NCBI GenBank assembly: GCA_012959435.1
Contig: DUDF01000116.1
Location: forward strand, 5,366-69,365
Source of the DNA: Candidatus Poseidoniales archaeon
Lineage (GTDB): Archaea; Thermoplasmatota; Poseidoniia; Poseidoniales; Thalassarchaeaceae
Reading direction: 5' to 3'
DNA length: 64,000 bases
Position 1 is the first letter of the stretch. Each line of letters begins with the position of its first letter. Of this stretch, positions 36,001 to 43,744 are shown in pieces. The translations under genes and the position numbers were made by a program. The notes under the pieces are model-generated. The model was given only the letters and a program-made list of their open reading frames with translations, made no database searches and had not been told where the DNA came from.

Positions 36001-38736
36001 ATCTTCAAATGCATCGGTAGGGTCTCGAGGGTCAAGTGACCACTCGTTACCTCCATGGAAATCAGTCCCAATCCATCGACGATTAGCAATTTCCCAACCA
36101 TCGGGCATCCCATCTTTGTCCGTATCTGAATTTGTAGGGTCTGTAGAGCGGTCTGTCCCGCCACTAGCCATGGTCCCAGGGTAGCCAACTGCATATACCT
36201 GAGCGGCAGCATCACCTTCAGTTTGATCACATACATATTCGCCTATCTCATAGTGGCAAGTGAAGTTGGTCTCATCATAGAACCAACCCCAGTATTCAGA
36301 CCCATCAAGCAAACCATCACCATCGGTATCAGATAGCCTTGGGTCGGTGCCATTCCACCCATCGGGGGTACTAGCAATATACCTGAATTCATCTAGATTT
36401 GTCCAGTTATGGTCAATCAAATCATCTACATACGGATTGATATTGATTCCATCAACATCTAAGTCCTCATCCCTATCAAATGGATCTGTTGGGTCAAGTC
36501 CGTGAGCATTCTCCCAACCATCAGGCATCCCATCAAGGTCTGAGTCATTGCTAAACGGATTTATTAGCATACGATTGGAATATCTACCAGGGTATAACCC
36601 AGCGAATACAGTATCATTACCGAGCACATCCATTACTATAATTTCAGTGACAAATCCTGGGATTCTTGTATGTTCATCATCAATCCCCAATACTCTGGCA
36701 TGGTCGCCATCTAAAGTCCAAGTACCGTACCTTGAACCAACTAATATCTCATCACCGAGTGGTAATATCGCATGAACATCATTAGCACCATCTAAATTGT
36801 TTTCATCATTCTGCATCCGGTCCCTAGAGAAAGCAATGGAAGGGTCTGCTTCATCTAACAGAGAAAATTGGTGCACTCCGCCTGCAGTCCCTACCCACAG
36901 TGTCTGGGTACTAGAGATTGTACCATCGGGTTGACGTGGGCCATCCAATACAAGAGCCCTTACATTTGCAGAATGAGAAATGTTCTCATCATTTGCATGG
37001 CGCACATAATTTTCAGCATCGGATTCATTGAATATCCATAGTGCTGGATAATCCCCTGTTGCATCTTCTGTGCTTGCTACTAAGAATCCGTGGTCAGTAC
37101 CGACATAGAGTTTCTTAGCACCACCATTTACAGATGTGTGAGCTACCGCCTGAATTGTTGCATCCTCTATTTCTAAGACTTCAATGAGAGTTTCTGCCTC
37201 TCTTAAATCTGTGATTTGCCCAGAACCATCAATTGTTAATGTCCATGCTTGTGAACCATCACCAGAAACTAACAAGTCAAGATTACCTGACCCTGTATCC
37301 AATTGATATAGGCCCCTGACTGGTTCCATTTCAACGCCTGATATGCCAGCATTCTGATTAAGGAATCCATCACCATCTAAAGTCCAGATTTCAATTCCAC
37401 CGTTAGTAGCGAGAACTAGTCTTTGTTCGCCTCCTTGGTCAGACCACAACATCATGTCGAATAATTCGCCACCTGGTGGGAGAGCTAAATCCCAACTGCC
37501 ACCGGTGCTTGGCTCAAAGATTGTCAGTCCGCGCTTGGTCCCGACATATAGCAATCCAAGCACTTCATCGACTTGTAAGGAGCGTACATCATGATGCATG
37601 ATTCTTGGGCTTGTGCCTTGATCATACATTGATACCATGGCATCATCATCACCTAGAAGAGTTGACTTGAGACCTGCTCTTACCCACGTACCATTATCAA
37701 TGAAAGTATAGTATTCTTCCAAATTAGAATACGCTTCGCCAATGTAAATTGTAGCTCTTGAACCATCAGGCATAATCATGCCATCTCTATTCAAGTCCCA
37801 GCCATCAGAATCACTGTCAAGTAGACTGTCAGACTCATTCAATGGATTTAGTCCGAAGAAAACCTCCCAACCATCAGGGATCGCATCGCCGCGACTACTC
37901 TTCGCTAACTCGCGACTACCAGACCAATAGTAAAAATCGCTATCATTACGTAACGGGTCTGTTCCAAGCCACCCAGGTGAACCAGTAGGTCGGCTAACAT
38001 TATCAGCACAGGCATCCATCAATTCTAGACAACGCAACCCATGTATTTCAGTAGTCCAATTATCCGGTGCATTGTAATTGTACTCTTCGGCATTTGTATA
38101 CCACTCATGCACCTCAATGATTCCATCTCGGTCTACGTCAAATCCATCTCCACAACCAAGTTCACCATCCCAACATCGGTCTGAGTCATTTTGGCCATCG
38201 TGGGGATTTAGTGGGTCAAAACCATCGCATTCCCAAGCCATGGATTCATTTTTCTCACCCGTTTCCCTCATGCACATCCATATCTCGTAACCATCGGGCA
38301 GGCCATCACCATCAGTATCTCCCAGTCTTGGGTCGAGGAACTCTCGCATCCCTGACTCGGTTTGTTCAGGGGGTATTCCAGTGAGTGATTTACGGTCAAC
38401 AAAGCAGTGATCTAAGTCGTAGGGCCAACAATATTCTTCAAGAGAATTGAGGCCATCATTGTCAAAGTCAGATTCATTATCAGATGCATTTTCATAATCA
38501 AGTCCATTTATTGTGTAAACTACATCATCCAATGTGATGTTTCTGTCAACACTATACATTTGCTCATGCAAGTCAGGAATCTTGTCTTTATCGGTGTCCG
38601 TTATCGGTGGACCTTCGCCAGTCGTATCATCAGGATGAACTGAATCAACTTCTGAAGATGGTCTTGACATTGAGACAAAAGCCAGGCTTCCAATCAATAG
38701 CAAAGTGATGAAGAGAACTGTCTGTTTTCTGCGCAT
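33004..38736 (-). CDS. Giant (1910 aa) secreted calcium-binding protein: more than 20 thrombospondin type 3-like repeats, EF-hand/dockerin-like loops and a central beta-propeller
   Basis: Signal peptide MRRKQTVLFITLLLIGSLAFVSM. Repeats include DTDGDGLPDGYE, DTDKDGMPDGWE, DSDGDSLPDGWE, DTDGDGMPDGWE, DSDMDGLPDGWE and DSDGDGLLDGIE. Propeller-like blades are YVGTKRGLTIFEPSTGGSW, LYVGTDHGFLVAS and LWVGTAGGVHQFS. No C-terminal TM. Confidence 0.88.
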   Translation of the reverse strand: MRRKQTVLFITLLLIGSLAFVSMSRPSSEVDSVHPDDTTGEGPPITDTDKDKIPDLHEQMYSVDRNITLDDVVYTINGLDYENASDNESDFDNDGLNSLEEYCWPYDLDHCFVDRKSLTGIPPEQTESGMREFLDPRLGDTDGDGLPDGYEIWMCMRETGEKNESMAWECDGFDPLNPHDGQNDSDRCWDGELGCGDGFDVDRDGIIEVHEWYTNAEEYNYNAPDNWTTEIHGLRCLELMDACADNVSRPTGSPGWLGTDPLRNDSDFYYWSGSRELAKSSRGDAIPDGWEVFFGLNPLNESDSLLDSDSDGWDLNRDGMIMPDGSRATIYIGEAYSNLEEYYTFIDNGTWVRAGLKSTLLGDDDAMVSMYDQGTSPRIMHHDVRSLQVDEVLGLLYVGTKRGLTIFEPSTGGSWDLALPPGGELFDMMLWSDQGGEQRLVLATNGGIEIWTLDGDGFLNQNAGISGVEMEPVRGLYQLDTGSGNLDLLVSGDGSQAWTLTIDGSGQITDLREAETLIEVLEIEDATIQAVAHTSVNGGAKKLYVGTDHGFLVASTEDATGDYPALWIFNESDAENYVRHANDENISHSANVRALVLDGPRQPDGTISSTQTLWVGTAGGVHQFSLLDEADPSIAFSRDRMQNDENNLDGANDVHAILPLGDEILVGSRYGTWTLDGDHARVLGIDDEHTRIPGFVTEIIVMDVLGNDTVFAGLYPGRYSNRMLINPFSNDSDLDGMPDGWENAHGLDPTDPFDRDEDLDVDGININPYVDDLIDHNWTNLDEFRYIASTPDGWNGTDPRLSDTDGDGLLDGSEYWGWFYDETNFTCHYEIGEYVCDQTEGDAAAQVYAVGYPGTMASGGTDRSTDPTNSDTDKDGMPDGWEIANRRWIGTDFHGGNEWSLDPRDPTDAFEDADSDGLSNLCEYQWELLLQAALADGLPAFGETAEAAASWSKIDPNNPDSDGDSLPDGWESRYSCTWLISNIGINPLNGSDAFSNPDGDGYDANHDGVIQVEEEFSNWMEYHIRDDQIFGNYTESGAPLPDGFSTSLWNDTWVSSASRPFGESVSVTTIVSVPGMPLTDRGSANPLSADTDGDGMPDGWEVWFARWDTFDSMWTLNPLNESDIFNDPDGDGMTNWEEYNSIDANVTETNENQTSPQYHPFKLGNTLILTPWNLAVGTPSFGSYVSPTQYTMSGATCDPNNADSDGDGLLDGIELLFTQWNSTFANWSLNPLVANDGGGDGDQDSLTDRQELNLTFENPLNGGLAPPDAPKMWEEAYALEPQNFTSRVQSILDNKLGRAFLALDQHSEWVSTGVARPLLATLIGITDPTNNDTDDDGMIDGYEYWFTEWDLDENRWSMNPLTQSDIDADSDDDSYDCNEDGVIQMSERYTNLREYEARIYGKESMRYMFPPGSGLIDFGDDAIAAQMSENSLNWEDARQAIVNIFASKDVTSTERLARINTAWSDNFNISLLGISDPTHPDSDMDGLPDGWEFCYGAYQEVMPVNEYRWTLNPVNPLDVDYDPDEDGWFDRTSGDTPAEQGRWTNHAFTPGAIEDQYAPGNNPLFFTNWMEYDNGTRPDLNDTDGDAVNMVHVANSFDPMITDDYYRSWDLTDGREVFKYGSDATDNDTDWDMLPDWYELKFGWNETNDNWSSYQQVEVVWEQYSILGSVAMRPLHENGGLLERPLLNWTWVTFDPTDPSDSLQDPDRDGNWDCSNAGCTYTPYNNFQEFFGLTNQSITSATLARATPVTIAGTDPPIQIVPQEWWELQNALLAKGRSNEYDWNYLRMFRVNQISDELYALIVDDHDNDYLTINGSDDTPIVKGDWTADWGRVFGDQYHLPNTGLGENVYGWWLLDYDGDMIADGTNPINWDTDGDWLNDWFEIENDMLDGIRGNGPSPIRYDDRTTNSG

Positions 38737-39029
38737 GGGCTCACCTACAGTGTCCGCTGTTTACGAGAGAACCCTACGGGTTTCCTTATGATGCTGATGG
38801 AGCACAGTTCATACAAGCGTTTGAGGGATGCCTGTGAAAAACTACCTGAAGTCATTATTTTCACATTTTTTTTCAAATTTTTAACCTTGATAGAAGAAAG
38901 TTGGGAATCTAAGTGTTTCCACCACCAAAACTAGCCTGTTGGCAACTAGTGTTAAGGGCATCAAAACATATTATTTGACTGAGTTCAGGGGACTTCTTCA
39001 AGGGGTGACCGCGCTCCGACCTGACTTGG

Positions 39030-39830
39030 ATGACACTCTCAATCACTCACCTTGGCTCAGGCTCTGGTGGAAACGCCACCCTCATCGCCACTGATGAGAC
39101 AAAAATCCTACTTGATTGTGGGTTTTCTGGAAAACAAATTGAGAAGCGCCTCGGGATGTTAGAACTCTCTCCAACAGACCTTGATGCCATTCTAATTAGC
39201 CACCACCACATTGACCACTCGAGAGGGGCCGCCATCACCCAAAAACGATGGGGGACAGAAATTTGGGCTAACTTTGAGACTTGTGCCAGATTAGGAATGG
39301 ACCCAGTGAACGAATGCCATTTGTTTGAGGCGCTAACACGTATTGATGTCGGTAGTGATTTGAGTATTCTCCCATTATCAGTCAACCATGATAGGGCCGA
39401 TAATGTTGGGTTCATTGCATCTCATCGCGGGGAGCGGGCCGCAGTGGTAACTGACCTTGGTTCTTGGAACGATGAATTAGCCCGCCACATGGCTGAATGT
39501 GTGCACATTTCTATCGAGGCAAATTATGACTCTGAACGGTTATGGAATGGGCCCTATCCAGAACGCCTTAAACAACGAATTAGTGGACGTGGTGGCCACC
39601 TATCTAATCGGCAAACTGCAGGCCTATTATCGAATGTCGTAGGTGAGCATACACGTAGCATTGTTTTGAGTCACCTGAGTGCTCAAAACAATGCCCCACA
39701 TTTAGCGGAAAGCGAGGTGCTAATGGAGATTGATGAAATGTTTACTGGAGACATCTCAATTAGTACCCAAGAAGGGCCGGAATTTTCCCATTATTTAGGC
39801 CAAGCAGAGTCCGAAAAAATTGCTATTTGA
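39030..39830 (+). CDS. MBL-fold metallo-hydrolase
   Basis: LGSGSGGNATLI near the N-terminus and ILISHHHIDHSRG (HxHxDH zinc motif). Length is 266 aa. Confidence 0.85.
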   Translation: MTLSITHLGSGSGGNATLIATDETKILLDCGFSGKQIEKRLGMLELSPTDLDAILISHHHIDHSRGAAITQKRWGTEIWANFETCARLGMDPVNECHLFEALTRIDVGSDLSILPLSVNHDRADNVGFIASHRGERAAVVTDLGSWNDELARHMAECVHISIEANYDSERLWNGPYPERLKQRISGRGGHLSNRQTAGLLSNVVGEHTRSIVLSHLSAQNNAPHLAESEVLMEIDEMFTGDISISTQEGPEFSHYLGQAESEKIAI

Positions 39831-39971
39831 TAGGTTCTAATCAAGTAGATTAGCAGACGATTCACATCATTCTTGTTTGAATCCAAATACTTAGTTGATA
39901 TCACACAATTTGGTTATGCTACCAACCACATAAGTAATGCTTGATTCCGGGATAGAACCTTAGTCAGATAT

Positions 39972-39986
39972 ATCGCCTATGGCGAT
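39972..39986. promoter_or_regulatory. Palindrome ATCGCC-TAT-GGCGAT next to a TATA-like GATATAT upstream of the pilin-like operon
   Basis: A 6+6 bp inverted repeat lies 47-61 nt upstream of the GTG at 40033. The left arm abuts cagATATATcg. Confidence 0.2.
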
Positions 39987-40032
39987 GTATTTCACAGCGA
40001 ACCCATAAGAACGGGGAGGGTTAGTCACATCT

Positions 40033-41052
40033 GTGAGGCGGAGCGAGAGCCATAACGAGGACGCGGTTAGCGAAATCCTCGGAGTTACTATGCTGTTAGC
40101 CATGGTTGTCACTGTGATTGGGAGCGTGTTTGTACTACTCACCCCATTTCTTGAAGACATCAGCGACAATCGTGAATGGTCATCTGGCACAGTAGCAGCG
40201 ACTCAGTTAAACGACCGGATTTTAATTGCTGCTCAAACCCCAGAGGGTAGTGGATTGGTGCAACAAAACGCTCAACTTTCTCGGTCAATGGACCCACTAC
40301 AAGATGCTGAAATATGGGTGATTCAAGCAGATCTTGGAGGTAGTGACCGAACTGTAGTAACCCTTGATGGTGACCTGCTCACGGTCACCAGTCTCAATCG
40401 CACAGCATCAATTGTAAGAGTTAACGATTCGATTTCAACACAATCTTTCACAATGACAAACCACACAAATAATTTTACTGTTTCAGGTTTAATTGGCAAT
40501 GTGGTCATTGAAGTCGAGGATATTTACGGAACAATATCACATCGTTTCGTAGAGGTGGCAATTGATGGAATCCGCCTCAAAAATGTATTAACAGATGGGG
40601 AATTTTCAGTTGATTTAATCAACGGTGGAAGAATAGAGAAATTACCAAACCAGCCAGTTGTAGTCAAGCAATTCCCTCGTTTTAAAACAGATTTATTACT
40701 TGATGGGACACCAAGAGTTTCACTGATTCTTCTTGACCTTGATATTACATCTTCTGCAAGCCGACATATGACTAACGTACATCTGGATTCAAAAGGTGAA
40801 CAAGCACTATTTGACAGCGAAGCACGGAATCTAATTGTTGAGATTGAAATAGCAGGTGACCCTTCAATACCCCCTCAATATATCCACCACTGGACCGGTG
40901 ATTATGCCCTGTATCTGGCAGGCGACTCAATAAACGAGTACCAAGGATTTGGGCCAAACGGACGCATCTCAGGACTTGACGGGATAACGGTCCTACCAGG
41001 TGATGTACCATTCCAATTTGTTGTGACATTACAATCGGTGGAGGTATACTGA
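40033..41052 (+). CDS. Class III signal peptide (archaeal type IV pilin-like, DUF1628-type N-terminus) protein, 339 aa
   Basis: MRRSESHNEDAVSEILGVTMLLAMVVTVIGSVFVLL matches the archaeal pilin N-terminal pattern (charged leader, A|VS, ~22 hydrophobic residues). The rest is a beta-rich domain with several N-x-S/T sequons. GTG is the only start after the in-frame stop at 40006. Confidence 0.7.
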   Translation: MRRSESHNEDAVSEILGVTMLLAMVVTVIGSVFVLLTPFLEDISDNREWSSGTVAATQLNDRILIAAQTPEGSGLVQQNAQLSRSMDPLQDAEIWVIQADLGGSDRTVVTLDGDLLTVTSLNRTASIVRVNDSISTQSFTMTNHTNNFTVSGLIGNVVIEVEDIYGTISHRFVEVAIDGIRLKNVLTDGEFSVDLINGGRIEKLPNQPVVVKQFPRFKTDLLLDGTPRVSLILLDLDITSSASRHMTNVHLDSKGEQALFDSEARNLIVEIEIAGDPSIPPQYIHHWTGDYALYLAGDSINEYQGFGPNGRISGLDGITVLPGDVPFQFVVTLQSVEVY

Positions 41053-43265
41053 TGCGTCGTAGATTCGATGATGAAGCGGTTTCTGCGGCGATCGCAACTG
41101 TTCTACTGTTTGCTGGTGTGCTTGGTATCATTGCTGGGATGATGGTTACTATCACCCCCCTGATTAATGAGAAACACGGCTCAGTTGAAAGGCAAGCAAT
41201 GGCAGGTCAAATGGAGGATTTAGCTGCTGAAACAGTCAGAATCTCTGAAAATGGGTTGCCGGGAGATTCTGCAATCATACAACTCAGACCACACTCAGGA
41301 GAATTAGGTTGGGACTTAGCCCAGGGAGGGACATGGTATTCGGTTGCCTTCGTTGAGGGTGGTAGTTTGCGTCTTGATGGATTACTAGATTTAGATGACA
41401 AAACTAGAATACGATATTCTGAAAGTGAAGTTTCCGCGGCTTGTTTTTCAGATCTTAGAGCAAATAAGGACGCTACTTGGAATTACAGAATCCCAAGTAT
41501 TAGTGGTACTATTCTGGCCACACCTGCTACCAGCCTCCAACAACCACTTTATGATACCACGGTGAAATACACAACTGGAGTAACTAGTAGTTATTATTCT
41601 CTAATTCCTGGTTCAGTATTGTCAACTTCATCAACTGAAGAAAGTTGGTTACAATCGGATGGCCCACTGAAAGTCATATTCTTACGAGGTAATGGAGGAG
41701 TCACGATGGTTGAGCCTGACCTAGTCAACCCTTCAGATGGTAAAGGAAGGTCATGGACAATACCGATGCCAACTGGGTCTGTTAGTTTACATCTTGTCAG
41801 TTCTGATTTAACTACTGTTAGTTGGGATTCTAATTCCAACTCCGGTACTGCTACTAGTACCGGTTCACCTGCAACGTGGAATAGTGATTTCACCACATTA
41901 GCAGGGGATGTGATGACCGTTCATTCCAGCACCCCTGCGAGATTGATGATGGTTTGGGGTGGCGCCACAGGCGCCACTGTGTGGCCTGATGATGGAGGTA
42001 GTGGATTAGGGATTAGTCACACACTTCCTGCAGCAGCGGGTAGTATTCTGATTGAAAATCCCGAAACCACATCAATAGCTGTTCAGATTGATGGGTTGTT
42101 CAACACTATTTCTGCTCAAAGTTCAATACGAATTCCATGGCCAGCAATATCATCACAGATTGTATCAACTGGTCCAGTACAAGTTCATTGGCTTGCAGAA
42201 GATGCAAGTAACTCTTATCGCACTGGCTCACTTGAAATGATTCCTGCCACAGATACTGGGCGCTCAAGTGGCCTAGAACACTCGTATGCAACACCAACTT
42301 CAGCGGCTGACGAAAGAGTTCTGATTCAGCCAGCCAGCCCCGAAACATCTCTAATATTAATTGCAGACCTTGAAGCGGGCCAATCAGCTCAAATCACAGT
42401 GAACAATTCTAACGGTAGCCACCTAGCAACTCTTACTCCAACGGCTTCAAACTTAGTGAGAACCACAGTTAATTCAACAGACCAACTGGATGACGCACCA
42501 TTCCGAATTATATCAGTAGCAGGAGATGATGGGATGATGGAAATTCGCCAAGATGGAGAGCAGAGATGCTTGCCCATTGGATACTGGGCTTCAGGTTGGG
42601 TTGAATTAAACCTCCCTTGGGAAGATTTTTCACACTATAACACTGCTATTGTGAAGGATGCATGGAAGGATGGGTCACATCCTTTGGGAGTTGAAGTCAC
42701 TCTATTTGGGCCACAAAATGGCGCCCCACATCACACCCTAGCAGCTGCTTGGGGTGCACACTTACCTCGCCTAAACTACGAATTCCAAAGTTCGGTTTCT
42801 GGCATGGAAATTGGCTACCGTGGAGGATTTGTTGGAACCAATCACCCTGAGTATCAAGCCGATGTTCTAATTCTCCCACCAGCACGTGAAGGTCCTGGAC
42901 CAAGATTAGCAGTCACAATACCCCTGACCATGCCTGCAGACAGTTCTTCAATCGGAAATAGCCGAGTTGCTCTTACTGTTTCATTAGATCAAAGAGTTCA
43001 GTTGGTATCTGTACAGGCACATGAAATACGCCGCGGATGGGATGGACCATATGGGTCTGCAATTGCTGCTGAATCATCTCAAGAATTGGCTTTCAGCGCC
43101 GACTGGTTGACATTCCCCGGGCGCATTGACCTTCTCGATGATTATGTTGGCTGGGTACAATTGACGCATTCTAGCCCTGAGGCAATTTACCATGCATCTG
43201 GTGAATCGATAATGTTCAATCTACAACTGAGTCAGATATCTATTGATACGGAGTTGATTATTTGA
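41052..43265 (+). CDS. Class III signal peptide (pilin-like) protein, 737 aa
   Basis: MRRRFDDEAVSAAIATVLLFAGVLGIIAGMMVTI. The ATG overlaps the upstream stop (ATGA at 41049..41054). The C-terminal block MEIGYRGGFVGTNHPEYQADVLILPP...RLAVTIPL resembles the block DLINGGRIEKLPNQPVVVKQFPRF...RVSLILLDL in gene 1. Confidence 0.7.
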   Translation: MRRRFDDEAVSAAIATVLLFAGVLGIIAGMMVTITPLINEKHGSVERQAMAGQMEDLAAETVRISENGLPGDSAIIQLRPHSGELGWDLAQGGTWYSVAFVEGGSLRLDGLLDLDDKTRIRYSESEVSAACFSDLRANKDATWNYRIPSISGTILATPATSLQQPLYDTTVKYTTGVTSSYYSLIPGSVLSTSSTEESWLQSDGPLKVIFLRGNGGVTMVEPDLVNPSDGKGRSWTIPMPTGSVSLHLVSSDLTTVSWDSNSNSGTATSTGSPATWNSDFTTLAGDVMTVHSSTPARLMMVWGGATGATVWPDDGGSGLGISHTLPAAAGSILIENPETTSIAVQIDGLFNTISAQSSIRIPWPAISSQIVSTGPVQVHWLAEDASNSYRTGSLEMIPATDTGRSSGLEHSYATPTSAADERVLIQPASPETSLILIADLEAGQSAQITVNNSNGSHLATLTPTASNLVRTTVNSTDQLDDAPFRIISVAGDDGMMEIRQDGEQRCLPIGYWASGWVELNLPWEDFSHYNTAIVKDAWKDGSHPLGVEVTLFGPQNGAPHHTLAAAWGAHLPRLNYEFQSSVSGMEIGYRGGFVGTNHPEYQADVLILPPAREGPGPRLAVTIPLTMPADSSSIGNSRVALTVSLDQRVQLVSVQAHEIRRGWDGPYGSAIAAESSQELAFSADWLTFPGRIDLLDDYVGWVQLTHSSPEAIYHASGESIMFNLQLSQISIDTELII

Positions 43266-43738
43266 GACGCAATTCAGAATTTATGCGCGATACTGTTGCC
43301 GCAGCCACCGAGTTAGGGTATGTGCTGACTTTCTTGCTTGGACTCTCATTCCTGTCAGTATTCAGTATTTGGACATGGGAACTTCAGGATGAGCGAGGAG
43401 ATGTATGGTTAGAACAGGCAATGGAGGAGAACTTAGATTCCATCGCAGAAGCAGTGGAACGAGCAGATCTTGCTAGCCGGCAGGAAGGTGATATCACCTA
43501 TGCTGAACCAGTTGACCTACTTTTATCTAAAGCAGTAAATCTTCAATTAAGATTAATATTAAACGATAATGAATTATTAATGCAAGATAAAGGTGAAACT
43601 TTGGTATTCTCAAGAGATATTTCGTCGGCTAGTGCCACCAACCATAGCGGAGAAGTAGAATTAGCTGGTTTACAACGAATATGGGTATTGCTTCAGGGAA
43701 ATAATGTAACTATCACCAGTAACCAACCAGGATTCTAG
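43262..43738 (+). CDS. Small pilin-like or N-terminally anchored protein, third gene of the operon
   Basis: MRRNSEFMRDTVAAATELGYVLTFLLGLSFLSVFSIW. The TTG start overlaps the upstream TGA. An alternative ATG at 43283 gives MRDTVAAA.... Confidence 0.5.
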   Translation: MRRNSEFMRDTVAAATELGYVLTFLLGLSFLSVFSIWTWELQDERGDVWLEQAMEENLDSIAEAVERADLASRQEGDITYAEPVDLLLSKAVNLQLRLILNDNELLMQDKGETLVFSRDISSASATNHSGEVELAGLQRIWVLLQGNNVTITSNQPGF

Positions 43739-43744
43739 ACCTGA

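Noticed and set aside
33004-38736. TSP3-like repeats considered as DNA-level tandem repeats or an assembly artefact
   Set aside because: The copies I compared differ at synonymous positions (GGA/GGG, CCT/CCC, GAC/GAT) and are interspersed with unique sequence. They are ancient protein-level repeats, not collapsed or duplicated assembly.
38788-38934. A 48-codon ORF (MMLMEHSSYKRLRDACEKLPEVIIFTFFFKFLTLIEESWESKCFHHQN) in the 293-nt spacer between the 1910-aa gene and the MBL gene
   Set aside because: It has no ribosome-binding signal. It runs through the T8/A-T-rich tract that is more plausibly promoter or terminator sequence. It is too short to evaluate without conservation data.
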